DNA of 64,000 bases from a virus. Taxonomy: Duplodnaviria > Caudoviricetes. Shown one piece after another: positions 34,802-44,752 of this stretch. Both the position numbers and the translations under genes were made by a program. The DNA lies in IMG/VR virus record IMGVR_UViG_3300032038_000068, positions 4,477 through 68,476 of that record; one strand, 5' to 3'. Position 1 is the stretch's first letter, and each line of letters starts with the position of its first letter. Under the pieces are notes generated by a model. It was not told where the DNA came from. It was given only the letters and a program-made list of their open reading frames with translations, and did no database searches.

Positions 34802-35335
34802 ATGATTCTAAGCAATGATCTGAAACAGTTATTACAAGCGTATAATCTAAACGCGAAAGATGTACTTTTGTGCTTTGCCGTCGCTGCTGGTATGCAAATT
34901 AATGATGCATATAGCATTTTATTTGCACGAACAAACACACCACAAAACGAGCTGCAAAGATTAAGTGAAGATTATTTAAAAAGGACTCCGGCTGCAAAGA
35001 TCCTGATTAATCGTGTTAAAACTGGTAAGAAAAAGGAGATCATAAAAGGAGATGACAAGGAAAAGAAAAACGTAAATAGTAAGGAGAGAGACGAATTAAA
35101 AACGCGGCCGGGTATCATTGCGAAATTAATTGAAGAAGTTACAAACGTGGCCGGAAAAGATGCTATTTCAGGACTCCAAACGCTTGCAAAGTTGCAAGGT
35201 TTTGACAAACCGGATGAAATAAACGAAGAAGATAAACGGTTTTTTGTACTCCCTTATTTGTCAAATTGTAGATCGTGCAAGCTGATGCAAGTATATTGTG
35301 AACTGAAACACCAGGAACACACCGAAAACACCTAA
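34802..35335 (+). CDS. terS: Putative terminase small subunit
   Basis: N-terminal HTH-like (LCFAVAAGM..NDAY..LF), helical oligomerisation-like KDAISGLQTLAKLQG; followed by a pac-like low-complexity region. Confidence 0.55.
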   Translation: MILSNDLKQLLQAYNLNAKDVLLCFAVAAGMQINDAYSILFARTNTPQNELQRLSEDYLKRTPAAKILINRVKTGKKKEIIKGDDKEKKNVNSKERDELKTRPGIIAKLIEEVTNVAGKDAISGLQTLAKLQGFDKPDEINEEDKRFFVLPYLSNCRSCKLMQVYCELKHQEHTENT

Positions 35336-35379
35336 ATAAAGGAGTTTTATTGCATTTTATAGATATAAAATATAAATTT

Positions 35380-36060
35380 GTGTGTGTGGAGTGATCAGGT
35401 ACACCCGGACACCCTGAAACACCCCCACAAAAACACACCCCCACCCCCTATTATGATATATAAACCCCAGTATCGTCCCCTCTCAAAATTTTTTCTTTTT
35501 TATTTTTCCAAAAATTTTTTCCCAAATTTTTTTGCTCAAAAATTTTCTCCTTTATATCTTTATTTGGTTTTATATATTTATGGTGGTTTATACCCCTTTT
35601 CCTACCTTCTTTTCCTTCCTTCTCCCCAGATTTTGTTCATTTTGTTATTTTGTTGTTTCAGTAATTTTTATTGATTGTGGTTATTTTAAATGTTAAATTT
35701 CGGTAGTTTTTTGTTAATTGTTTAGTAATTAACCTTTATATAGGATAGTTATTATGCTGTTAACATAATTTAGTGTATATATAATATTATAATATATTAT
35801 AATTTATAAAATTATATAAATATATATATTATATAGTTAAAAATATATAAATAATATAGTGTGTATATAGTAGTAGATAAGTTAGTTTATGTTTAAAAAT
35901 AAGTTTGGGTATTGAGGCTATGTTTTTTGCTGAAGTTGATTATTGATAGATAGGGATTATTTTGTGGTTTTGTGTTGTCTTAAATCGTCTTTTGAGGCTG
36001 TTTAGGTGGTGTTTTGAGGCTGTATAGAGGCTGTATTTGGTGTTGTTTTATGGATTTGGA
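35380..36060. other. Non-coding low-complexity region with strand-skew switch (candidate pac / genome end)
   Basis: A/C-rich CCCCC tracts to about 35480, then A5-6/T5-7 tracts, a nearly pure AT stretch (about 35770-35870), then G/T-rich DNA. Confidence 0.5.
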
Positions 36061-36086
36061 AGTTTGGATTAAATTTTCTATCTTTG
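36055..36086 (+). promoter_or_regulatory. Bacteroidota sigma-A type promoter
   Basis: TTTG 36055-36058, 20 nt spacer, TATCTTTG 36079-36086; GATTAAATTTTC abuts the -7 element. Confidence 0.7.
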
Positions 36087-36109
36087 TGCGGTGTTTAATA
36101 TTGAGTTCT

Positions 36110-36565
36110 ATGAGTTACGTTATGGGTATCGACCCTGGTAAGGGAGGTGGCATTGCCGTATTGGATATGGGTTCGCATGATGTGATAGATGTCGTGCCTA
36201 TGCCGTCCACCCTTACTGACATCAGTGATTTCGTATGTAAGTACCGTGATGCGGAGTGTGCGTACATTGAAGTAGTGCATTCGATGCCCCGTCAGGGTGT
36301 TGCCTCCACCTTCACTTTCGGTCAGTATTACGGTTACGTCCAGATGGCGGTGACATGTCATAATATCCGCTGTATCGATGTATTGCCGTCGAAGTGGCAA
36401 CAGTCGTTGGGTGCGAAGTCTTTGAAAGGTGAGTCTTATGCCTCCCACAAGAGGCGTCTGAAGGGAATGGCTCAGAAACTGTTCCCCGGTGTGAGGGTGA
36501 CGTTGGATGTTGCCGATGCGTTACTGATAGCCGAGTACGGTAAGAGGAGGGAACTGGGTATATGA
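36110..36565 (+). CDS. RuvC-like Holliday junction resolvase
   Basis: MGIDPG..GGIA, YIE.VHSMP.QGVASTFTFG, WQ, DVADALLIAEY. Confidence 0.85.
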   Translation: MSYVMGIDPGKGGGIAVLDMGSHDVIDVVPMPSTLTDISDFVCKYRDAECAYIEVVHSMPRQGVASTFTFGQYYGYVQMAVTCHNIRCIDVLPSKWQQSLGAKSLKGESYASHKRRLKGMAQKLFPGVRVTLDVADALLIAEYGKRRELGI

Positions 36566-36756
36566 AGAAGAAGAGTGATGTTAGCGTTGTTCCCGACCAC
36601 CGTTGCGGTGAGTGTTCGCATGTGTCTCCCGTGTACCGTTTCCACACTTTGAACGTATATGGTCTTCCTACGTTGGGAACGTGTCCCTACTGGAAAGAGA
36701 GCCGTTGTGTGTTGTTGAGCCAGAAGCCCTGTAGTCATTTTAAGTTGAAGACATGA
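36562..36756 (+). CDS. Small Cys-rich protein
   Basis: CGECSH..GTCPY..PCSHF. Confidence 0.7.
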   Translation: MKKKSDVSVVPDHRCGECSHVSPVYRFHTLNVYGLPTLGTCPYWKESRCVLLSQKPCSHFKLKT

Positions 36757-36766
36757 TATGTGACAT

Positions 36767-37219
36767 ATGAGGAGGTTGAAGTTAGAAGAACTGTTCGTAG
36801 GCGCGTATGTCTGCACCTATCCGTCCGAAGTTGGTGTCGTACCGATGATGGTGAAGGGTATATACCCCGACTCGTCGGTCTTGTTGGATGACGGTGTGAA
36901 ATATACGTTGGATGTCATCGCTGGTGTGAGGATCTGTGGTAACATCCTCCGTCACATGGGTTTCGTCAAGGCGCGTGGAGAAGATGTCTTCCTGATGATG
37001 GCGCGTGATGTCCGTCTGACGGTGTCGTTACGTCAGCGTCATGGTGATGTGTGTTGCCGGAGAGTGGCCGTTACTGGCCGTGTGACATGTTGGAACGAAG
37101 AGATCCGTTACGTCCATGAACTCCAGAGGTGGTGGATAGACCGTGTCCTGTTGAGTATCGGTATTCCGTTACCGTTAGTGTATAGTACCGATGTAGAACC
37201 CGAAAAAGAAGACCTGTGA
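36767..37219 (+). CDS. Hypothetical protein
   Basis: IRYVHELQ motif near C-terminus. Confidence 0.65.
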   Translation: MRRLKLEELFVGAYVCTYPSEVGVVPMMVKGIYPDSSVLLDDGVKYTLDVIAGVRICGNILRHMGFVKARGEDVFLMMARDVRLTVSLRQRHGDVCCRRVAVTGRVTCWNEEIRYVHELQRWWIDRVLLSIGIPLPLVYSTDVEPEKEDL

Positions 37220-37368
37220 TGTGTTGCGATGAGTGTGTGAGATATGAGATGTTGAACTATTACGGTGGTCTCAAGACGTACCACTACTGTCTGTGTGATG
37301 GAGTGTACCATCCGTGTAGCGGTAAAGAGTGTACGCGTCCAGGGATGTTCCGTCATAAAGGAGAGTGA
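37219..37368 (+). CDS. 49-aa Cys-rich peptide
   Basis: Hand translation MCCDECVRY...YCLCDG..HPCSGKEC. Confidence 0.5.
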   Translation: MCCDECVRYEMLNYYGGLKTYHYCLCDGVYHPCSGKECTRPGMFRHKGE

Positions 37369-37370
37369 TT

Positions 37371-37493
37371 ATGAAATGTGAGAACCATGACTGCCCGTTG
37401 TGCCGTTGGGGCGAGTGTGACGGTGACCGCGAGTCTGCTGTTGAGTACGGGTGGTGTGACAAGACTGATGAACTAAATACTGAAGACATATGA
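37371..37493 (+). CDS. 40-aa Cys-rich peptide
   Basis: Hand translation MKCENHDCPLCRWGEC...; ATGA overlap with next gene. Confidence 0.5.
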   Translation: MKCENHDCPLCRWGECDGDRESAVEYGWCDKTDELNTEDI

Positions 37494-37942
37494 GTGATAT
37501 TGATGTAAGGGTGATGGAAGTCGGTGAGTGCCGTCCGTTCGGTAACTACCGCGTATGCCATGAGAAACGTGATGACGGCAAGTGGATCGTGTGTACGTCC
37601 GTTCATGGTGACTGGAAGGTGTCGTGGCGGGATGACAACCCGATGTACGGAGTGATGTTGTCGTATACGAAAGACAATTCACTTGAAGCGTACCTGAGTG
37701 CGCTTTTCACACTGATGATGCTGGCCACGTCGCACAACCATGATGCCTTGGCAATTATAAATGGAGACGGTTCTCCGTTTATGGATGGTTTCAGTAAGCT
37801 GTGGAATGACCAGATAGTGTATGAACTCTCCTTTGTGAAGCCCGTCAGCAGGAATGCTGATGATAGGATGTTGAAAGAGGCGGTGGATTTCGAGAACCTC
37901 CGTGATGACATTAACGGACTTACTGGTGAAGAAGATGGCTGA
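37490..37942 (+). CDS. Hypothetical protein
   Basis: ORF track, operon packing. Confidence 0.7.
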   Translation: MSDIDVRVMEVGECRPFGNYRVCHEKRDDGKWIVCTSVHGDWKVSWRDDNPMYGVMLSYTKDNSLEAYLSALFTLMMLATSHNHDALAIINGDGSPFMDGFSKLWNDQIVYELSFVKPVSRNADDRMLKEAVDFENLRDDINGLTGEEDG

Positions 37943-38693
37943 CTATACGAAAGAACAGCTGGAAGAGGCGAAAGAGTACCTCAGGAGGAGGCTTGAAAAC
38001 GAGTCTTCGATGAGGGATGACATCGGTGATGTGTTGTCGTTCTACATCATGTTACTTGTGATGTTACTCGTCAGCGGTGAATCCGAAGAGAGGATCAACG
38101 AGACCCTTGACGAACTCGTCATGATGATACTTGAAGACTGCGACACACTGGCCGTTGACGAACATACCGATGAGAGTGCGGCCATCCTTCTGTTCATCCA
38201 TGGCGAGATCGGAGGGAAGACCCTTGATGACAGGATTCGTGAGCGTGTAGGTACGCTCTTTGACGAACTGAAGACGACCGTGATGATCGGTCTTCTTCTG
38301 AAGATGAGTGCCGATGCCATCGTATCTGCGTTCGTTGGCGGTATGAAAGACCCGTGGAACAACAGTATCATTGTTGAGTACCGTTCAAAGGTGGCTTCGG
38401 GTGAGATTCCTGCCGACCCTGACATAGATGCCGAGCCGAGGCACTACGGAAAGGGTGTCCCTGTGTCTTCGTATACGGCTCTTTCCGACATTGCGGTGTA
38501 TGCCGTGTCTGCGGGATGGAGCGTGTACGACTATCTCTCCAACAGGGATTCCGTCGGCTATCATGTGTTCCGTGGTTCATCGTATCCGTGTGATGAGTGC
38601 GACAGCCATGTCGGTTACCATGACATCAGCGACACCGAGTCCCTTCCATTGTTCCACAACCACTGTAAATGTTATGTTGTATGGGTAAGATAG
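37935..38693 (+). CDS. Head morphogenesis / minor head protein (Mu gpF, SPP1 gp7-like)
   Basis: C-terminal CDEC...P.FH.HCKC..VW. Confidence 0.7.
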   Translation: MADYTKEQLEEAKEYLRRRLENESSMRDDIGDVLSFYIMLLVMLLVSGESEERINETLDELVMMILEDCDTLAVDEHTDESAAILLFIHGEIGGKTLDDRIRERVGTLFDELKTTVMIGLLLKMSADAIVSAFVGGMKDPWNNSIIVEYRSKVASGEIPADPDIDAEPRHYGKGVPVSSYTALSDIAVYAVSAGWSVYDYLSNRDSVGYHVFRGSSYPCDECDSHVGYHDISDTESLPLFHNHCKCYVVWVR

Positions 38694-38722
38694 ATATAGG
38701 TATAACGACGAACAACAAGTCC

Positions 38723-40675
38723 ATGTCGAAAGTGAAGTACGATATGCTTCTCGATGAGATATGGGGCATCATGCAGGAGGGTTACAGCGGCAAAGATATC
38801 GAACTTGCCATCCGTATACGTTCCCAGTATGAGAGAATCGGCACGATAACGGACATCATCCGTTCTGCCGCAGAGAAGTCATCATTGTCGCGTTTCGGTG
38901 GCAAACTGTACTGTTTCACCGGGAAGATATACGAACAGGTGAACTTCCGTGACGTGAAGAACATTGTGTATGACATCATGAAGAAGATGGGATGTCCGAA
39001 GTGCGACTTCATGCGCAAGGACGGCATCGTCCGTGATGTAGTGGATGTGTTGGAGAAGAACCCCCTTGAGGTGCGCAACGAGACGGTTGTCTTCAACAAC
39101 TGCGTCCTTGACACCGACACGATGGAGACACATCCGCACAGCAAGGACTATCCCCAGGTGACGATGCTGAACTACGACTACGATCCCGAGGCGAAGACCT
39201 TCATGTGGTATCAGTTCCTCAACGAGGTGTTACCCGACAAAGACCGTCAGAGGATACTCCAGATGTTCCTCGGTGCGGTGTTCGTAGACCGCTCCCTTGC
39301 CAAGATAGAGACGATGCTGATACTGAAGGGTTCGGGATCGAACGGCAAGTCGGTCATCTGCGACACCGTGATAGGTGTGTTGGGAAAGGAGAACGTCAGC
39401 AACTTCGGTCTCGGTGCGCTCATCACCGGAAGCGACAGGAAGATGAACGTGGCGACGATGAACGGAAAGCGTCTGAACTACTGTTCTGAGATACAGCTCA
39501 AGGAGTTCGGGAGCGGTTCCGACTCTTTGAAGGCCATCATCTCGGGTGAGCCTATCGAGGCGCGTTTTAACTGGGGTCAGAACTTCACTGCGAGGAACCT
39601 GCCCTTGCTGATGGCGAATGCCAACCAGTTGCCGTACATGAAGGACATCTCCCACGGCATGGCACGGAGGCTGTGTGTCATCTCAATGGATGTGGAGATA
39701 CCGAAGGAGAAGCAGAACAAGAGCCTGTCTAACGATATGATAGATGAATACCCGGGCATCTTCAACTGGATCATGGAAGGTCGTTCCGAATTCGTGAAGA
39801 ACGGCTACAGGCTGCCATTTAACCATGACCTTGAGGATGCCCTTGAGGATTACCAGAGCGAGTACAACTCCGCTTTGAAGTTCATGATGGACGAGGGGTT
39901 CAAGCGTCAGGTATCATCCGATGTGACGGATGTGGTGCCGAGATGGATGAGCCTCTCCTCCCTCTACCAGCGTTACTCGAGGTGGTGTACTGGCAACCAT
40001 GTGGAGGATGTGCAGACAAAGAACGGGTTCAGCCGTTCCCTCTCCACTGCAGGATGGAGGAAGCGTACCACCAACTACGGTGTGGAGTTCGGTGTATATG
40101 GGAAGGTGTCGCTGAAAGACCTGCAGATGATGGGTGACAAGGCTCAGAAGATGCGTCAGGCGGTCATCACCGAGAAGATATTCCGTGCGGACGGGCGTGA
40201 CTATGCGCAGGGCATGGTTGCACTCGGGAAGGCATGCGGTGTCGGCAGGAAGGTCATCGAGCGCATCATCTATCAGGGGAAACTGCAGAATGCCACCACC
40301 TATGCCGAAGGAAGACCTTTGTACGACATCGAGAAGACGCTTGCCGTACTCCGTGCAGAAGGGTTCTTCCTTGATACCCGTGAGAAGCACTTGCAGGCAT
40401 GCTCCGAGGCAGAGCTGAAGTACATGCGCGGATTGTTCAACGTAGCCATGAAGTACCACGAACTGCCGTTCCGCAAGTACAAGATGACGAATGTACCCCG
40501 TCTTGACGGAACCATCCGTGTCGATGACACGATGACCATTGAGGAGGCGAGGGAGAAGGCTGCATCGGGTGACTTCAGCGGTGATGACAATTTCAACAGG
40601 AAGGAGTCCGATGACATGAGCTGGCTCACGGATGGTGTTGAAGAGGAACTTGGAAATGAAGATAACGACCAATAA
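38723..40675 (+). CDS. D5/P4-type SF3 helicase (primase-helicase family)
   Basis: VVFNNCVLD, Walker A GSGSNGKS, LNYCSE, motif C LLMANAN, winged-helix C-terminus. Confidence 0.85.
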   Translation: MSKVKYDMLLDEIWGIMQEGYSGKDIELAIRIRSQYERIGTITDIIRSAAEKSSLSRFGGKLYCFTGKIYEQVNFRDVKNIVYDIMKKMGCPKCDFMRKDGIVRDVVDVLEKNPLEVRNETVVFNNCVLDTDTMETHPHSKDYPQVTMLNYDYDPEAKTFMWYQFLNEVLPDKDRQRILQMFLGAVFVDRSLAKIETMLILKGSGSNGKSVICDTVIGVLGKENVSNFGLGALITGSDRKMNVATMNGKRLNYCSEIQLKEFGSGSDSLKAIISGEPIEARFNWGQNFTARNLPLLMANANQLPYMKDISHGMARRLCVISMDVEIPKEKQNKSLSNDMIDEYPGIFNWIMEGRSEFVKNGYRLPFNHDLEDALEDYQSEYNSALKFMMDEGFKRQVSSDVTDVVPRWMSLSSLYQRYSRWCTGNHVEDVQTKNGFSRSLSTAGWRKRTTNYGVEFGVYGKVSLKDLQMMGDKAQKMRQAVITEKIFRADGRDYAQGMVALGKACGVGRKVIERIIYQGKLQNATTYAEGRPLYDIEKTLAVLRAEGFFLDTREKHLQACSEAELKYMRGLFNVAMKYHELPFRKYKMTNVPRLDGTIRVDDTMTIEEAREKAASGDFSGDDNFNRKESDDMSWLTDGVEEELGNEDNDQ

Positions 40676-40697
40676 TTAACACATTATATTATATATT

Positions 40698-41174
40698 ATG
40701 GAAGGACGCGAACTGAGCGTGGTGTTGAGGGAACTTGCCCGTAACCAGGGCAACCCTCTTTGCGATATGTGGTATGGCAGGTGGGAGGATGACACCGACC
40801 TTGACGGTCTTCTCGACATGTACATCAGGGGCCATGACTTCTGCATTGAGAACGACTACCCTACCCTTGACTTCATCCGAAACAACTTCGACCGGGATGA
40901 ACTGAGGAAGCGTAACATCATCCTTGACTGCAAGGGAGAGGAGATAGGCGGCATGAACGGAACATGGATATTCCTAGGTGACTGCGACTGCTCCATCCGT
41001 TTCAAGGGACTGAAGGCCGCTGACATATACATACACCATCAGTCGGAGGTGAAGATAATCGCAGAGGACGGTTCGATACTTTTCATCACGCTCTGCGACC
41101 AATCGGATGTCGTTCTTCAGGCAGATGACTGGTCGAGGGTTCGCAAGTACGATAAAAGGAAAAAGGAGGGCTGA
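40698..41174 (+). CDS. Hypothetical protein
   Basis: 158-aa ORF with A-rich upstream region. Confidence 0.75.
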   Translation: MEGRELSVVLRELARNQGNPLCDMWYGRWEDDTDLDGLLDMYIRGHDFCIENDYPTLDFIRNNFDRDELRKRNIILDCKGEEIGGMNGTWIFLGDCDCSIRFKGLKAADIYIHHQSEVKIIAEDGSILFITLCDQSDVVLQADDWSRVRKYDKRKKEG

Positions 41175-41187
41175 TTACCCTCCTTAT

Positions 41188-42732
41188 TTATTGGTTGTTG
41201 TTTTCCGTTGTTGAATTGTTTGCCGTGAACGTGTTTCTCATCGTCCGTAACTGATAGAGCCTGTCTGCCTGCTGCTCCTGCTTTGCCTCCTTCGTTAACC
41301 TATCCATCTCGTTGTTGGCAGCATACGGACAGTATTCCGTTGCCGACTGAACCGAAAGGATACCCGAGTTCTTCGCATTGACGAGGTCTGCGACAAGCGA
41401 TGATGCATTCTCATGTACGAACGGCATGATGTATCCGAAGATGTCATCGTTGATCCTTGTGAACTCCGTGATGCTTTTCTGCTCTATGCCGTATCCCTCG
41501 CAGAAGAGTGACTGCATCTGGTCTATGGTTTCCTTGTAGTCCTTTGCCTCAAGTGTTGCCTTGTCAAGGGATGGTGCGTAGTAGAGCTTCATCGTTCCCG
41601 TAGGTGTATCACCCGACTTGAGTTCCGGCTGACGTACGATGTATGCACCCTGGAATATCTCGTTGAGTAGGTACTCGATGTACTTGGTGTAGTTCTCCGA
41701 CAGTCCGTTTGGTTGCAGTAGCGACACGTCATCGTCCTTGCCCATCGTGAATGCACGGACACGTCCGAGGGGGTCACCCTGGATGTCGATGTCATCACCC
41801 TTCATGACATACGAAGGAAGTGCCGCACCCGCATTGTTCTTGGCAAAATATGACAATGCCACCTCATAGTCGTCAATGAGAGGCTGGACGAGATTCCAGC
41901 AGGGACCGTTGTCCTTGTCCCTCATATATACTATCGGTATACGGCTGAATCCGTGTTCTCTCCTGAAGACGAGTTCAAAGGCATCAAGTCCGATGTAGTC
42001 CTTCGCCTTGTTCACTGCACCCTTCAGCCCCTTCACGCTCTGGCGGTATCGTGACAGGTACTTGTCGTCCCATACCTCCACATACACCGTGTTCTCCTTT
42101 CCGTCCTCATCGTATGAGCAGAACTTCCGTCCGAAGGTGTTCATCTTCCCTGTTATCGGGTCGTAATGCGGGAACAGCGTGTCTCCGTTGAGGAAGGAGA
42201 GTACCCTCGCTCCCATCTTGCCGTTGTCGAGGTAGTACACAACAGCACCATCAGCCGTTATCTTCACCGACCTTGCGAGTTCATAGAACACCGCCTCCAT
42301 GTTCTTTCTCAGCCACCCTGTCTGGAATGCCTTGTACATGGTGTCCTTCGTGCTGTCGGTTTTTTTGTCGGTGATCTCGAAGTGGATGTCGTTGCCCGTG
42401 AGGTGTACAAGCTGCTGGCAAGTGATCAGGCTCTGCAGTGTCGAACCGATACGGAACGTCTCCTCCCTATGGAACTTGATTTCCTCCTTTCCGTCCACCA
42501 TGTCCGTGGAGTAGTTGTAGAACTCGGGGAAGTAGAAGTCGGACATCACCCGGTGGGAGAACGGATAGAACTCCTCAAGGTAGTCCGTCTGCGTCATCTG
42601 CTGACCCTTCATCCTTCGCTCTGCGTATTGCATCGTGTCAACGAACATTGGCTCGTTGTAGTTCTTTGCTTCCGTTCCACCGTTTGTCAACCTGTAGAAC
42701 GGCTTCTTAGTCAATATTTCCTTAACTGTCAT
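41188..42732 (-). CDS. Portal protein
   Basis: 514 aa directly downstream of terL; HGF.RIPIVY, LIDDYE, helical C-terminus. Confidence 0.85.
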   Translation of the reverse strand: MTVKEILTKKPFYRLTNGGTEAKNYNEPMFVDTMQYAERRMKGQQMTQTDYLEEFYPFSHRVMSDFYFPEFYNYSTDMVDGKEEIKFHREETFRIGSTLQSLITCQQLVHLTGNDIHFEITDKKTDSTKDTMYKAFQTGWLRKNMEAVFYELARSVKITADGAVVYYLDNGKMGARVLSFLNGDTLFPHYDPITGKMNTFGRKFCSYDEDGKENTVYVEVWDDKYLSRYRQSVKGLKGAVNKAKDYIGLDAFELVFRREHGFSRIPIVYMRDKDNGPCWNLVQPLIDDYEVALSYFAKNNAGAALPSYVMKGDDIDIQGDPLGRVRAFTMGKDDDVSLLQPNGLSENYTKYIEYLLNEIFQGAYIVRQPELKSGDTPTGTMKLYYAPSLDKATLEAKDYKETIDQMQSLFCEGYGIEQKSITEFTRINDDIFGYIMPFVHENASSLVADLVNAKNSGILSVQSATEYCPYAANNEMDRLTKEAKQEQQADRLYQLRTMRNTFTANNSTTENNNQ

Positions 42733-42771
42733 CGTTTTGTTGGAGTTGAGGAGTCAGAGTAGGGAGTTTTT

Positions 42772-44475
42772 CTACCATCTCCTGCCTCCGAAGTTATACA
42801 TATTTCCATAAATTCTCTTGTGCCTGTCGGACATACCCGCTATCAAGCCCATATTGTGTGGTTTGTGCCGGGTCTTCTTGATGTTGAAGATCTCACGGAT
42901 GGCCGCACCCTCTATGAAGTCGGGTGAGCGGTGTATGATCTTCTTCATGTGCTTCACCTTGTCGATAACCCTTGTCGGGTCATCCTCACGGAAGCGTATC
43001 ACTTTCCTTTCCTCGTTGAGGATTTCCTGAAGCGTCTTGTTCTTGTAGTTACGACCGCTGAACCTCCTTGTGAGGAGTTCGGATTCTATGGAGTACGTTC
43101 CGTCCTTGATGTGGTCTGCGAAGTACTGGAACGACTGCGCCTTCAGGTTGTAGAACATTCCCTTGAACTTATCATCCACCGTTTCCTTCGCATTGAAGGC
43201 TACGGCTTTCGGGAAGTATCCCTTGAATACCTGTCCGACACCGATGAGGTCATATGCGAAGTTGTCCTCACGAACCCTCCATCTCTCAAGCAGTGCCTTC
43301 GTGAACTCAACGGTGGCCTTCGCATTCTTGGAGCAGACGGCAATGTCGAGGATGTGGTTGCCCTCCCATAGCCAGAACACACACTGGTCACCTCCGTCGA
43401 ATGCGGCATCACAAGATATCCTCCGTATGCCGTCACCAGTCTGTATCGAATTGGCGAAGAAACGCTCCATGTGTTCTATTTTGATGATGTCCGTTCCCGC
43501 AGCCTTGTATTTCCAGTTGCCGTCAAGGAACCTTGCGCGGGTCTCATCATCCTGACCGATAAGGTTTGCGAGGTATGCGGGGTCGGAAGACATCAGTGCG
43601 ATGTTGTCAGCGAGCTTGGCAGGAACGAACGTGACCGACTTGATGAGAAGGTCTTCAGGTCGTCCGTACCTCTCGAACTCGGGTTTCCAGTATGCCATCA
43701 GCGTGTCCTTGCACTTTCCGAACACCTCTTCACGCGTATCTCCCCACACGATCTGCGTAACATCATCACCGTCCATGAAGCAGTACCGCACCTTCCCTGC
43801 CCTTTCGGGTATCGGCAGACCCGTTTCCTGGTCTATCCACCATTCGATGAACCTCGCCACCCAGGAATCCGGGTCGGGGTTACAAGTACCGATGATGCGG
43901 TTGCGTATGTTGTATGCGTTACGGTTGGACATCGTAAGCACCTTGAACTTCTTGTATGACATCTGCGTGACCTCGTCGATTCCGATGTAAGGATACTGCT
44001 TACCCTGATATCGGTCATGGAACGCGCCTTCCTCCATGGCATGGTAGGAGAATGTCAGCCATCCCCCGTTGTTGAAGTTCCACGTCATGTCGTTCTTGGC
44101 ACGGTTGTATGTACCGAACTCGTCATAAAGTTCCTGTGATGTATCGATGATGTCGGAGAGGTCATCCAAGTCCTTACGGAATATGATTGCACGGAAATTC
44201 GGGTTGACGATGTCGTACAGGGCTTGCATGAGTAGCATGTACGTCTTGCCTCCACCTCTGGCTCCACCACCTATCATGATGTCTGCAGTCGAGGACAGCA
44301 TATCCTTCTGGCCGCCCTCCTGATAGACGATGCATCTCCTGTCTTCCCGTAGCTTGTATATCTCCTCTTCGTGTACGATATGCAGACAGTCCATCAGTTC
44401 CCCGAACTTCTCTTTGAGAGCGGGAAGAATGGATTCCTGAATGTCCATCACTGGTGCGAATTTCTGCAAAATCAT
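42772..44475 (-). CDS. terL: Terminase large subunit
   Basis: GGGARGGGKT Walker A, IGIDEVTQ Walker B, TCNP, nuclease CDAAFDGGD and SPD; start ATG 44475. Confidence 0.95.
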   Translation of the reverse strand: MILQKFAPVMDIQESILPALKEKFGELMDCLHIVHEEEIYKLREDRRCIVYQEGGQKDMLSSTADIMIGGGARGGGKTYMLLMQALYDIVNPNFRAIIFRKDLDDLSDIIDTSQELYDEFGTYNRAKNDMTWNFNNGGWLTFSYHAMEEGAFHDRYQGKQYPYIGIDEVTQMSYKKFKVLTMSNRNAYNIRNRIIGTCNPDPDSWVARFIEWWIDQETGLPIPERAGKVRYCFMDGDDVTQIVWGDTREEVFGKCKDTLMAYWKPEFERYGRPEDLLIKSVTFVPAKLADNIALMSSDPAYLANLIGQDDETRARFLDGNWKYKAAGTDIIKIEHMERFFANSIQTGDGIRRISCDAAFDGGDQCVFWLWEGNHILDIAVCSKNAKATVEFTKALLERWRVREDNFAYDLIGVGQVFKGYFPKAVAFNAKETVDDKFKGMFYNLKAQSFQYFADHIKDGTYSIESELLTRRFSGRNYKNKTLQEILNEERKVIRFREDDPTRVIDKVKHMKKIIHRSPDFIEGAAIREIFNIKKTRHKPHNMGLIAGMSDRHKRIYGNMYNFGGRRW

Positions 44476-44486
44476 ATCCCGAAAGC

Positions 44487-44599
44487 TATCTTTGGGGGCA
44501 AAGATAGAAAAAAAATGCATTATTTTTAAGAAAATGTGCAGAAAATTTAATCTAAAATTTGCGTATATTGAAAATTTTGCTATTTTTGGCGCAAAAATA
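44487..44599. promoter_or_regulatory. Divergent late promoter region with back-to-back -7 elements
   Basis: TATCTTTG-GGGG-CAAAGATA 44487-44506; TATTTTTG-GCG-CAAAAATA 44581-44599 with TTTG 19 nt upstream. Confidence 0.7.
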
Positions 44600-44690
44600 A
44601 GCACATAATATGTTCATGTTTAGATAGGATATAGTTTTACTGATTGATTTTAGGATAACTGGAACAACAATGTAATAGACATTTTGCAGC

Positions 44691-44727
44691 AGGGTTTCCA
44701 TTCGTGAGAACCGAGGCCCTTTCTTTG
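44691..44727 (+). terminator. Terminator-like hairpin in the leader of the head operon
   Basis: AGGGTTTC..TTC-GTGA-GAA..GAGGCCCT followed by TTCTTT. Confidence 0.55.
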
Positions 44728-44752
44728 AAACACTTTTAAATTAGGATAACAT

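Noticed and set aside
39914-40672. 252-aa antisense ORF, plus similar long antisense ORFs (56747-57658, 56800-57591, 42166-42762, 374-1000)
   Set aside because: They shadow well-supported genes on the opposite strand and have no recognisable motifs; explained by codon bias
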